Shown: in pieces, positions 1-9,441 of the stretch | Position numbering within the stretch: position 1 is the stretch's first letter | Layout: each line of letters opens with the position of its first letter | From: Spirochaetia bacterium | Lineage (GTDB): Bacteria; Spirochaetota; Spirochaetia; CAKZLE01 | NCBI GenBank assembly: GCA_963677595.1 | Contig: OY782041.1 | Location: 3,168,001 to 3,232,000 of the forward strand | Direction of reading: 5' to 3' | Length of the DNA: 64,000 bases | Notes under the pieces: generated by a model | The model's database searches: none | What the model was told of the DNA's origin: nothing | Seen by the model: only the letters and a program-made list of their open reading frames with translations | Position numbers and translations under genes: made by a program

Positions 1-582
1 AGCCAGTTGGCAAAGGAGAATAAGCGGTATATTGCTTCCCAGGTTGTGGAGGGAGGTCGGTTCTCACAGTTGCAGGATGCGATAGACTGGCTCACAGGAG
101 CTGGGCTGGTCCGGAAGGTGATGATCACGAATTCAGGCGTTCTGCCGTTCTCCAGTTTCACCAAACCGAACCGGTTCAAACTCTATTTCTTCGATATCGG
201 CATGCTTGGGGCTCTTGGCGGGCTGGATCCTGAGGAGATCATCCTCCAGCATGATCTCTTCGCGACCTTCAAAGGGGCTTTTTGTGAGAATCTGGTAGCA
301 CAGGAGTTTACTTATGCAGGAGGGAAACCGCTGTATGCCTGGGCCAGTAATACCGCAGAAGTCGAGTTCATCAGGAATATTCAGGGGAACGTGCTCCCGA
401 TCGAGGTAAAAGCCGGCCTCTCCGGGAAGCTGAAGAGCCTGAACGTGTTTGTGGGGAAGTATCAGTCCTCGTACCAGGTCCGGATCAGCAGCAGGAATCT
501 TGAGATCAATGCGTCTGCAGCGATGCACTCCTATCCCCTGTACCTGGCCTACCGGTTCCCATTGGATGAAACAGCGTCCTGA
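1..582 (+). CDS. C-terminal part of AAA+ ATPase with DUF4143 domain (5' partial)
   Basis: Motifs FKLYFFDIGML, GAFCENLVAQE, AEVEFI and PIEVKAG..GKLKSL are typical of AAA_14/DUF4143 proteins with a C-terminal restriction-endonuclease-like fold; the frame is open to the window edge. Confidence 0.85.
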   Translation, partial: SQLAKENKRYIASQVVEGGRFSQLQDAIDWLTGAGLVRKVMITNSGVLPFSSFTKPNRFKLYFFDIGMLGALGGLDPEEIILQHDLFATFKGAFCENLVAQEFTYAGGKPLYAWASNTAEVEFIRNIQGNVLPIEVKAGLSGKLKSLNVFVGKYQSSYQVRISSRNLEINASAAMHSYPLYLAYRFPLDETAS

Positions 583-690
583 CGGTGATGCTGCGTCTCC
601 CCCCATGCATCAGGAATTACGGTAGCCCTTCTACCAGAAAGTCAGGATAGCTTTCCGTCCCCGTCAGTTGTACTATGGGGACAGGACACT

Positions 691-1122
691 ATGGCAAAGA
701 CGAAGTACAAAGAGTATTCTCCCTTCGAGCGGCTGCAGCTGCTCGAACTCTATGATGAGAGCGACCTCTCCCAGGACAAGTTCTGCGAGCTGCACCAGGT
801 CAACAAGTGGACCCTGACCCAGTGGATACGCGACCGGAAGAACAATACCGGTGTCTTCAAGGACCGTGACAAGAGCCTGCCCGAGGGGGCGAAGCCGGAA
901 AACCCCGTATTCTTCCGCCAGCCCTCGGTGGAGGACGGCTCCCTGCCAGCCTTCGTGGTGGAGCAGAAGCGGGAGAAGAACGAGCAGCAGCACAAGGCTG
1001 TGCCTCCTTCCGGAAGCATCCTCCTGCGCCGGGGTGGCTGGGAGATAGAGGTCACTGCCGGCTGCGACATGGCCGGACTCAAGGCCCTCCTGTCAATGCT
1101 CACAGATCTTCTCCCCGGCTGA
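691..1122 (+). mobile_element. Orphan IS66 TnpA (Orf1)-like HTH protein
   Basis: N-terminal HTH (SQDKFCELHQVNKWTLTQW) and C-terminal ILLRRGGWEIEVTAGCDMAGLKALL, the usual IS66 TnpA layout; no tnpB/tnpC follows. Confidence 0.6.
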
Positions 1123-1212
1123 GAAAGGTCAATCGTGGAAGATCCGAACATTATGATTTACTGCCGTCCCATAACCATGTAGTATGGGTATAACAAGCAT
1201 GGGGGAGCGATT

Positions 1213-1980
1213 ATGATCAGAATGGAGATGACTGCCAGACTGCTGGGTATCCGGGTCAGCGGGGGTGTCGATGAGTTCCGGGACCTCCTGGAAGCCCTGT
1301 ACCAGCTGGTGCCGCAAGAGGTGGGTACAGAACCGCTGCCTGCCGATATGCTGGGGAACCGGGTCCTCGGGCTCTGTTATGACCTCAGGCATGCCGCCAG
1401 GGGGGACCATGGTGTGGTCCTCACCGAGGATTCGATCGTCTGCGACATCACGGGGGATGGACACGAATCTGTGGACCTGAAGACAGCTGTCTGCTACTAC
1501 GAGGTCCTCTACCCGGAACTCTGCTACCAGCTGATGGGGATCGAATACCTGATCGAGAGGCGGTGCCTCGAACTCACCAGGAAGAACTACCGTGACCCCT
1601 ATGCTCTCAAGGGAGCCTGGGACATGGTGACCACTCTGAGCAGGCAGCCGCAGGCGGCCTTCCTCCGGTGCATGAGGGAAGCCCTCCCGGCTGCTCGGTT
1701 TGCGGGACTCCTCGATGCCATGGAACACGGCTGGAGGAACCTGTCGGGGATGTATGTCCAGTACCTCGATCACCTCAACCTGGAATTCCTCAGGATGAGG
1801 CCGGAGCAGCGGGAGGGGCAGTTCGACCGCATCATCCAGCGGATGACTGGTTATGCGGCGCAGGATGATTACCAGGAGATGGCACGGACGCTCGAAGCGG
1901 ACGCAACTCGCTATCGGGCGGCAGTGAACGATCTGGAGCTGGATGAAGAGGACGGGTATCCTGAGGAATATGACTGGTAG
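1213..1980 (+). CDS. DUF6904-like hypothetical protein
   Basis: 255 aa with SD GGGGAG; GIRVSGGVDEFRDLLEALY..RVLGLCYDLRHA..G and the acidic YPEEYDW tail resemble DUF6904 proteins. Confidence 0.6.
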   Translation: MIRMEMTARLLGIRVSGGVDEFRDLLEALYQLVPQEVGTEPLPADMLGNRVLGLCYDLRHAARGDHGVVLTEDSIVCDITGDGHESVDLKTAVCYYEVLYPELCYQLMGIEYLIERRCLELTRKNYRDPYALKGAWDMVTTLSRQPQAAFLRCMREALPAARFAGLLDAMEHGWRNLSGMYVQYLDHLNLEFLRMRPEQREGQFDRIIQRMTGYAAQDDYQEMARTLEADATRYRAAVNDLELDEEDGYPEEYDW

Positions 1981-1989
1981 GGGAGCAAG

Positions 1990-2697
1990 ATGGGAGATGG
2001 TTTCTGGTTTGAGGATGAGGATATCGAGTTCATCGACGATGGTGATGTCGAGGATATTGAAGAAGGGTTCGGGGAGCAGATACTGCAGCTGAAGATCTGG
2101 CTTCGGGGTGAAAGACCGCCGATCTGGAGGAGGATCCAGATCAGCGAGCTCTCGACCTTCTGGGATCTGCATGTCGCTATCCAGGATGTCATGGAGTGGG
2201 GTGATTTCCACCCGCACGAGTTCCATATCCTGGACCCGAGGTCTAAGATGCCCAAGGTCATCGGTACGGTGGATCGCACGATCATAACTAACGAAGAGAG
2301 ACTGAGTTCTTTCTCAGAGAACCAGTTCTTCGACCCAGCCATGCAGCATGAGTACCACTCGAATATCTCCAACTGGCTTGTGGAGGGAAAGGCCACCGTC
2401 ATGTACAATTATGACTACCGGGCTGGCTGGGAGGTGCTCATCAAGCTGGAGAAAACCCTGGAGACCTGCGAGGAAGGGGCCGATTATCCTCGCTGCCTGG
2501 CAGGGAAGCGTTCTGCCCCGCCTGAGGACTGCGGGGGCCCGTATGGGTTCAGGAGGTTGCTGGAATACCGACACTCTGAAGAGTATGATCCTGATACCGA
2601 TGACTTCCCCTATTATTTGGAGGAGTTCTTCCCCGAACTCATCAAGTTCAGGGACCCTCAAGTCGTCGATAAGGAGAGTTCGGGGCGACCGTGGTAG
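1990..2697 (+). CDS. Plasmid pRiA4b ORF-3 family protein
   Basis: Motifs PPIWRRIQI, TFWDLHVAIQDVMEW..HPHEF, YNYDY..GW, YPRCLAGKRSAPPEDCGGPYG. Confidence 0.9.
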   Translation: MGDGFWFEDEDIEFIDDGDVEDIEEGFGEQILQLKIWLRGERPPIWRRIQISELSTFWDLHVAIQDVMEWGDFHPHEFHILDPRSKMPKVIGTVDRTIITNEERLSSFSENQFFDPAMQHEYHSNISNWLVEGKATVMYNYDYRAGWEVLIKLEKTLETCEEGADYPRCLAGKRSAPPEDCGGPYGFRRLLEYRHSEEYDPDTDDFPYYLEEFFPELIKFRDPQVVDKESSGRPW

Positions 2698-2955
2698 GAA
2701 ACATCTATTCTCATTAGGTATTGATTACTGAATACTGTATAGAAGTAGACATAAAAGTAGAACAAATTCTCAATGTCATATTTCAACCATGAATTCCTTA
2801 TAAAAATAGAATTGCGTAGTGGTTGATCCAAGTAGTGCTATGGGACTGGAAATACCGCTGGATTAATAAGAATACCGGTTGTATACTCTATATTTGGTTT
2901 ATCTAAGGTAAATGATAAACTAAGAAATACTAGTATTCAGAAAGGTCGAGAAGGT

Positions 2956-5900
2956 ATGTCAGCAGCGAAGGAAATAGTATCGTACTGGTTGTCTTGTATA
3001 GAACAGGAAGATGTTCTTTCCCAGTCATTTCTCCAAAATAGTCGCGGTAAGTTCAAACTCAATCCATTTACAGAGGATATATTCTTAACCAAAAACAACC
3101 GTGTGGTACGAATAGATGATAACGATGAAGATCTTTTGAGGTTTGTAAGACGTGCTATTACTTCAAATATTGAATTCTATTATGGATATCCACTCATAAG
3201 AAAGAAGAACAAAGACAGTAAATGGGAGTTCCTGCCTGTATTTCTTCTGCCTGCTCAATTCGGATATGATGCGGAAAACCAAGCAATTCTCTCTGTTGAT
3301 ATAGCTTCCCTGGAAATAGGACTGGAAACTGCCGGTTTGTTCGGGATAAATGCATCAGAGATTCCTGAATCGATCAATCGGTTGATTCCGCTGTTTCTGG
3401 ATGATGAATTAACAGGAGCAGAGAAGGTCCTACGAGCGGTTTCGCTTATCAAGGGTGACAGCGAACTTCCCTTTGATTCCGAGATTGATCCTGATAGTCT
3501 GGATGACACCCCCAGCAAGGGGACAGCAGCATCCTTATTGAATAAGAGCATCCTATTTGAGAGTACCAGTTCAGTATTCAACCGAGCGCTTCTGCAGGAC
3601 TTGAGACAGTTATGTGAGAAGCATGATTTCAAGGGTACAGGACTCGATACTATCTTTAGGCAATCAAGTGATCTCGATGGAAGGAGTTCCTCTGAGATGT
3701 TCCCATTGCTTCCCTTTGCTACAGATGAATACCAGCTATATGCATTACGAAAGGCCCTGAACAATCCAAAGACAATCATCACAGGACCTCCAGGAACAGG
3801 GAAGAGCCAGTTTATCATGAACCTGATCCTGAATTTCGCTGTGCAGAATAAGAGTGTTCTGTTCGTGAGTCATACTAATGAAGCCGTGAGAACGGTTGAA
3901 GAGAAGATAAAAGAGATGTTCGGTGCTGTAATATTGCGAACTGGTAATTACGGCCTTCGAAAGGACCTGCCGCAGGCATTGGATTTGCTTCTGGAAACAG
4001 TGAATGGGTTCTCCAGTAAGGTCGTGCATGATAATTCCAGGGTACAGAAGGTTATTGATGAAATATCAAGACATCAACAGTTGCTGGTTGATCTTGACAG
4101 TCTCCATGAAAGATTGTTCTCAGAAAAAGAGCGCTACAATAATTCAACAGCCTATTTCAAAGATACTGAGGCGATCCATAGAGTCATAGATGGCGTCTAT
4201 CAGCAATACGAGATCTTTACTTCTTCATGGAAGACACTCTCAGAGGTGGTAAGGCGCCAATCAGAATCGGGAGGATCGTTATTTGCACGTATTGGCAACT
4301 GGTTCAGAGTTCGACATTGCCAGAGATTGTTCAGCAGCATCATGGACCTGGATCCCGGGTTGTCTCAGTTACTGAAAGGGACTTCGCCCGATACGAATCC
4401 TGAGCTTGTGATGATTCCTTTACAGCAGATTTCTATTTGTTTGGATGATTGGCATGCATGTAGGAAAACTGAAACTGAGCTCTCTGTCCTTACTGATAAA
4501 CCCCGACTGGAAAAGCGAATTGAAAAACTATTCGAGGAGTACAGGGAGCTTTCTGAGAATGAGATCAGGGCACAGCTGCTTAAGAATCATACGAAACAGA
4601 AAAGTACTATGGTTTTAGCCAAGCGATATTCACGAAGCATCGCATCCAGATTAGTCCCCGATGATAGTCACATCAGTCTCAGTGACATGAAATCGATCGT
4701 TCCTATGTGGGCTTGTACCCTGAAATCACTACATGACAACTTTCAACTACGTGCTGGCATGTTTGATGTAGTAATTTTCGATGAATCGTCACAAATAGAT
4801 CTCCCATCAGCAGCTCCGGCTTTATACCGGGCGAAGCAGGTGATCATTGTTGGGGATCCAAAACAGTTGTCACATATTACTTCAATTACCGATACAAAGG
4901 ATAAGCAAATCGCCTTGCGGACCCTTGGAACGAGTCATCCGCTTTACCCTGATATCATCGGGTATAAAGCGAAGAATCTATTCAGTGCTGCGGAGAGCAT
5001 GAGTTCAGATTTGCCTATATTCCTCTCTAACCATTACAGATCAAGTTTCGAGATAATCGAGCTGTGCAATGCGCTATTCTATAATCAGAGATTGTCCATA
5101 GCTTCAAGATATCGTGAAAATTGGCCTATTAACCTTGAACGCGGCATCCAGTGGATAGACTGCAGGGGTACTCTCAAAAGTACAGGAACAGGATACGGTC
5201 GGAAGAGTAAATACAATGATCTCGAGAGAAAAGAAATCGTTAAACTCCTTCAGACAATCCTCAATAAGATTCATGGACAGCACATCTCTATAGGGATAGT
5301 ATCTCCCTATTCCGCACAGGTTAAAAACATTGAAACAGCAGTCCATGATTCTATACCTGGGAGCTTGATTGCTTTCCATGAGATAAAGATCAAGACAGCT
5401 CACCAATTCCAGGGAGATGAGAAGGATATCATGATCTTTTCCCCGGTTCTGTCGGGGAAGGGGGCATACCCCGGGTGTGATGCCTGGTTCAATCTATCTC
5501 CGGAAGTGCTGAATGTTGCCTTGTCCAGAGCTCGAATGCTGCTGTATATCGTAGGAGACTATCCCTTCTGTAGATCGCGTAAAGGGGTGCTGCAGGATAT
5601 CACAGTCGAATATGGTAGGTTGAAAGATAAGCAGAAAAAGAGTTTGCATGCTGAGTCATTGAGATTTGAATCACCATTTGAGGAGAGATTGTACAACCTG
5701 ATTTCTGATAGTGGATTACTGACAGATACCGATTATGTGTTGGTGTCACAGTTCCCAGAGGGGCAGTATTATCTCGATCTGGCGTTGGTTGGGCCCGTAA
5801 AGGTCAATATCGAGTGTGATGGAGGCCAGCACCTGAAGACCCTTGACGGTACCCCGGTGCTGAAGGATATTCGAAGAGATGCATATCTAAGATCTAGAAA

Positions 5901-6012
5901 TTGGAAAGTCCTGCGATTCAGGAATCATGAGATACTGTATGAACCCGAACGAGTACTGAAAACTATAAGGAATGAAATGCGGGTTCCTTCCTACGTTAAG
6001 GAGAGAGCTTAA
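2956..6012 (+). CDS. SF1 (DNA2/NAM7/Upf1-like) helicase fused to C-terminal DUF559/Vsr-like endonuclease
   Basis: Walker A GPPGTGKS, FDESSQ, VGDPKQL, HYRS, TAHQFQGDEKD, LNVALSRAR; C-terminal ESPFE..LDLA..IECDGGQH..RRDAYLRSRNWKVLRF; visibly AT-richer than the flanks. Confidence 0.9.
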   Translation: MSAAKEIVSYWLSCIEQEDVLSQSFLQNSRGKFKLNPFTEDIFLTKNNRVVRIDDNDEDLLRFVRRAITSNIEFYYGYPLIRKKNKDSKWEFLPVFLLPAQFGYDAENQAILSVDIASLEIGLETAGLFGINASEIPESINRLIPLFLDDELTGAEKVLRAVSLIKGDSELPFDSEIDPDSLDDTPSKGTAASLLNKSILFESTSSVFNRALLQDLRQLCEKHDFKGTGLDTIFRQSSDLDGRSSSEMFPLLPFATDEYQLYALRKALNNPKTIITGPPGTGKSQFIMNLILNFAVQNKSVLFVSHTNEAVRTVEEKIKEMFGAVILRTGNYGLRKDLPQALDLLLETVNGFSSKVVHDNSRVQKVIDEISRHQQLLVDLDSLHERLFSEKERYNNSTAYFKDTEAIHRVIDGVYQQYEIFTSSWKTLSEVVRRQSESGGSLFARIGNWFRVRHCQRLFSSIMDLDPGLSQLLKGTSPDTNPELVMIPLQQISICLDDWHACRKTETELSVLTDKPRLEKRIEKLFEEYRELSENEIRAQLLKNHTKQKSTMVLAKRYSRSIASRLVPDDSHISLSDMKSIVPMWACTLKSLHDNFQLRAGMFDVVIFDESSQIDLPSAAPALYRAKQVIIVGDPKQLSHITSITDTKDKQIALRTLGTSHPLYPDIIGYKAKNLFSAAESMSSDLPIFLSNHYRSSFEIIELCNALFYNQRLSIASRYRENWPINLERGIQWIDCRGTLKSTGTGYGRKSKYNDLERKEIVKLLQTILNKIHGQHISIGIVSPYSAQVKNIETAVHDSIPGSLIAFHEIKIKTAHQFQGDEKDIMIFSPVLSGKGAYPGCDAWFNLSPEVLNVALSRARMLLYIVGDYPFCRSRKGVLQDITVEYGRLKDKQKKSLHAESLRFESPFEERLYNLISDSGLLTDTDYVLVSQFPEGQYYLDLALVGPVKVNIECDGGQHLKTLDGTPVLKDIRRDAYLRSRNWKVLRFRNHEILYEPERVLKTIRNEMRVPSYVKERA

Positions 6013-6097
6013 TAGCCTGAATTGTCAACTAACTTGACATACATAATTGTGGTGAAATTAATTTTTACTATAATAAAAATATTTGTGAAAATATATA

Positions 6098-6126
6098 TTG
6101 CCAACTCAGAATTAACCATGTACACT
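6098..6126 (+). promoter_or_regulatory. Sigma70-like promoter of murQ (probably leaderless)
   Basis: TTGCCA(6098)-17 bp-TACACT(6121); ATG lies 6 nt downstream with no SD. Confidence 0.55.
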
Positions 6127-6132
6127 TGATGT

Positions 6133-7041
6133 ATGAATACCAGCGACCTGACGACCGAGCAGCGTAACCCCAACTCCTATATGATCGACACGAAGAGTAC
6201 GGAGGAGATCCTCACGATCATCAATTCCGAGGATCACCTGGTGCCGGAGGCGGTCGCTGCCGCCATACCGGAGATCACCAGGCTAGTCGATGATGTCGTA
6301 GATGCCTTCAGGAGGGGCGGACGCCTCTTCTACATCGGGGCCGGCACCTCGGGGCGTCTCGGGGTCCTCGATGCCTCGGAATGCCCTCCTACCTTCGGGG
6401 TCGCACCGTCCCTGGTGCAGGGGATCATCGCCGGGGGACAGAAAGCACTGACCACCTCGGTCGAGTGGGTTGAGGACAACGGACAGGCGGGGATCGATGC
6501 CCTGAAGGAGCGGGACTTCTCCTCCGACGATGTGCTTGTCGGTATCACCGCTTCCGGGCAGGCTCCCTTCGTGAAGGCGGCCATGGGCTTTGCCCAGTCC
6601 ATGGGTGCTGTCGTTGGTGCGATCGCCTGTAACGAGGAATCAGAGATCTACTCGGTCGCTGACCATAGGATCCACCTTCAGGTGGGGCCGGAGATCCTCA
6701 CGGGCTCGACCCGGATGAAATCGGGGACGGCACAGAAACTCGTGCTCAATATGATCACCACCGCCTCGATGATCAAGTGGGGCAGGGTATACAACAACTA
6801 CATGGTAGACCTCACACCGGTGAACTCCAAGCTGCAGAAGCGTGCGAAGCGGCTCGTGAGCGAGATCAGCGGCTGTCCTGAGGAACGGGCTGAGGCAATC
6901 CTCCTCGAGACCGGGTATGACGTGAAACCCTCCATCCTCATGGGGATGGAAGATATACCCTATGAGCTGGCAAAGAGACTGCTCGAAGAGGCTGATGGGA
7001 ACCTCCATCATGCGGCCACGCTGGCCGAGGCACGCTCATGA
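6133..7041 (+). CDS. murQ: N-acetylmuramic acid 6-phosphate etherase
   Basis: TTEQRNP, GAGTSGRLGVLDASECPPTFG, GPEILTGSTRMKSGTAQKLVLNMITT. Confidence 0.97.
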   Translation: MNTSDLTTEQRNPNSYMIDTKSTEEILTIINSEDHLVPEAVAAAIPEITRLVDDVVDAFRRGGRLFYIGAGTSGRLGVLDASECPPTFGVAPSLVQGIIAGGQKALTTSVEWVEDNGQAGIDALKERDFSSDDVLVGITASGQAPFVKAAMGFAQSMGAVVGAIACNEESEIYSVADHRIHLQVGPEILTGSTRMKSGTAQKLVLNMITTASMIKWGRVYNNYMVDLTPVNSKLQKRAKRLVSEISGCPEERAEAILLETGYDVKPSILMGMEDIPYELAKRLLEEADGNLHHAATLAEARS

Positions 7042-7952
7042 GCTGCTGGTTTGGTGTTGACGGCGGCGGTACGAAGTCCCGGATACGCCTCGTTGATGAG
7101 CAAGATACTGTCCTCTATGAGGCAGAGGGCGGTGCGACGAACATCTATGCTGGTGACCACGGGAAGGCATTGGAGAACCTGGCAGTCCTCATCGAGGATA
7201 TGGCTTCCGGGAGCGGCATCCCGGTCGGGGAGCTTACAGCCGGCTGCATCAGCAGTGCCGGCCTGGACCGAGCAGGAGAGAAGACTGCACTGACTGCATT
7301 CTTGCGGGAGAGACTCTCCCTTACCTGTCCGCTCTACCTCTGCAATGACGGGGAACCCCTGCTGGTAGGCGGGCTCGGCGGACTCGAGGGGATCTGCCTC
7401 ATAGCCGGGACCGGCTCTCTCGGGATCGGGCGGCTCGAGGATGGGACGATCGTCAGGTCCGGAGGCCTCGGGTACATGCTCGGGGATGAGGGATCCGCCT
7501 ACTGGATCGCCCACCAGGGGATCAAGCGTATCCTGCGCAGCCTCGAACTGCGGGATCTCTCCACTGACATGCTTTCAGCTTTCCTGGAGTTCTACCACCT
7601 CACATCTTCTGATGAGTTCGTGAAGCTCCTCCATCACGACCTGAAGAAGGGGGAGATTGCCTCCTCGGCGAAGATCGTCTCGACCTACGCCCTCAGGCAT
7701 GATCCGCTCGCTGAGGAAATCATCAGGCGATGTGTCGAGGAGCTCGCGAAGCTCCTCTCGAGCGTGATCAGGCGATTGCCGCAGCTGCAGGTGAAGCGGA
7801 TCATCTTCTCCGGGGGAGTGCTCGAACATGATGAGCTGATCAGGGGGAGACTCGTCTCCGCCCTCGCGGGAGCCTACCCTGAATTCACGGTAGTCCCCCG
7901 CCTCAACGATGCCGTGACCGGTGCCTGTATGCTTGCCCGACTCCTTTCCTGA
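7038..7952 (+). CDS. BadF/BadG/BcrA/BcrD-family N-acetylglucosamine/N-acetylmuramate kinase (MurK-like)
   Basis: GVDGGGTKS, LIAGTGS, GGLGYMLGDEGSAYWI; ATGA overlap with murQ. Confidence 0.88.
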   Translation: MSCWFGVDGGGTKSRIRLVDEQDTVLYEAEGGATNIYAGDHGKALENLAVLIEDMASGSGIPVGELTAGCISSAGLDRAGEKTALTAFLRERLSLTCPLYLCNDGEPLLVGGLGGLEGICLIAGTGSLGIGRLEDGTIVRSGGLGYMLGDEGSAYWIAHQGIKRILRSLELRDLSTDMLSAFLEFYHLTSSDEFVKLLHHDLKKGEIASSAKIVSTYALRHDPLAEEIIRRCVEELAKLLSSVIRRLPQLQVKRIIFSGGVLEHDELIRGRLVSALAGAYPEFTVVPRLNDAVTGACMLARLLS

Positions 7953-8024
7953 TTATCTTTCTCATATATATTATAGTGTGAAAAAATTTTTAATAAATAT
8001 ATAAAAAATCGTGAAAAAGATTTC

Positions 8025-8053
8025 TTGACTGCTGAAATAAAGTGATTTATCAT
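8025..8053 (+). promoter_or_regulatory. Sigma70-like promoter of the sugar ABC operon
   Basis: TTGACT(8025)-17 bp-TATCAT(8048) in an AT-rich intergenic region; SD AAGGAG precedes 8086. Confidence 0.65.
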
Positions 8054-8085
8054 GATGCTAGGAAAAAAATAAAAGGAGACCAACT

Positions 8086-9354
8086 ATGCGAAAAGTAATG
8101 CTTTACGTGATGATCCTGCTCATCTGCCTTCCGGCAGGCACACTGTTTGCCGGTGGAGCACAGGAGACAGGGAAGCAGGAAGTGACGGAGATTTCCATCA
8201 GTTCCTGGAGAACTGAGGATGTTCCCATCTACGATGAGCTCATCGCGATGTTCGAGGCTGAGAACCCCGATATCAAGGTGACCTACAAGTCCTACAAGAC
8301 AGAGGAGTACCAGACGGTCCTCGCTGCCAACTTCAAGGGCGGTATCGCTGCGGATGTCATCCATCTCAGGGCTTACGGCAACTTCGAGCAGTTCGCAAAG
8401 CCGGGCTATCTGCTGCCGCTCACCCCAGAGATCATTCCTGAACTCTCCAAGTACAGTGACCAGTCGCTGGCAGGTTCAACCAGCATCACTGACGGGAATG
8501 TTTACGGTGTTCCATATGCAAGCCAGTCGCTGGTGATCTTCTACAACAAGGACGTGTATGCGGAACTCGGTCTTACGCCCCCGACCACCTGGGCTGAATT
8601 CGAGAGCAACCTCAAAGCCTGTAAGGCAGCCGGGATCACACCGATCGCCAACGGGACCAAGACAGGCTGGATGGATGAGGTCCTCGCAGGGATCATCTCC
8701 CAGAACTACTACGGCGGGAACGACTTCTACTACGACCTGGTCGCAGGCAAGACCGATTTCACCGACCCGCGGTATGTGAAGTCTCTTGACAAACTCCTCG
8801 ACCTCGGCCCCTACATGCCTGACGGTTATGTCGGCCTCGAGTATGTCGAGTCGCAGATGCTCTTCATCAATGACATGGCAGCCCACTTCCTCGGCGGTAT
8901 CTGGGAAGATGCATACTTCAGCAGCCAGAACCCGGACCTCAACTACGATATCTTCCTCGGACCGGTAGAGAACAAGGGCGACACCCAGTACCTCTCAACC
9001 TTCATGGACGGTTCCTACGGGATCAACAAGGCTACCCCGAACAAGGATGAGGCCATCAGGTTCGTCAATTTCCTCGCTTCAGCCAAGGCTCAGCAGTTCC
9101 TCTGCGACCAGCTTGGTGTCAAGACTGAACATCCTGACGTAGTACCTACGAAGACTCTGCTGAAGAAGGTCATGGATCCCTCTCTCACGACGACCCCCTA
9201 TATGATGCTGGTAAGCTTCAGGTATGAGCAGCCGACCGGCTCTGCATTGATCCAGGCAGGCCTGCAGGCACTCTTCGCCGGCGACAAGGATGCTGAAGAG
9301 GTCTGTGCCGACATCCAGAAAGGTGTTGCAACATACTACAAGCCATTCCAGTAG
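8086..9354 (+). CDS. Sugar ABC transporter substrate-binding protein
   Basis: Signal peptide ending LFAGGAQE, then FEAENPDIKV, YGVPY, IFYNKD and PPTTWAEF (SBP_bac_1/8). Confidence 0.93.
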   Translation: MRKVMLYVMILLICLPAGTLFAGGAQETGKQEVTEISISSWRTEDVPIYDELIAMFEAENPDIKVTYKSYKTEEYQTVLAANFKGGIAADVIHLRAYGNFEQFAKPGYLLPLTPEIIPELSKYSDQSLAGSTSITDGNVYGVPYASQSLVIFYNKDVYAELGLTPPTTWAEFESNLKACKAAGITPIANGTKTGWMDEVLAGIISQNYYGGNDFYYDLVAGKTDFTDPRYVKSLDKLLDLGPYMPDGYVGLEYVESQMLFINDMAAHFLGGIWEDAYFSSQNPDLNYDIFLGPVENKGDTQYLSTFMDGSYGINKATPNKDEAIRFVNFLASAKAQQFLCDQLGVKTEHPDVVPTKTLLKKVMDPSLTTTPYMMLVSFRYEQPTGSALIQAGLQALFAGDKDAEEVCADIQKGVATYYKPFQ

Positions 9355-9391
9355 GGAAGGTATCATCTAAGAAACAGGTAATCTGACCAAT

Positions 9392-9419
9392 CGTTGAGGG
9401 CATTTCGATGCCCTCAACG
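9392..9419 (+). other. Intercistronic stem-loop after the SBP gene
   Basis: Perfect 12-bp stem CGTTGAGGGCAT-TTCG-ATGCCCTCAACG with no U-tract; typical mRNA-stabilising hairpin in ABC operons. Confidence 0.7.
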
Positions 9420-9441
9420 TCTACTAAGGAGGCGCAGCACC

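Noticed and set aside
583-1212. Complete IS66 element
   Set aside because: No tnpB/tnpC and no terminal inverted repeats or target duplication found.
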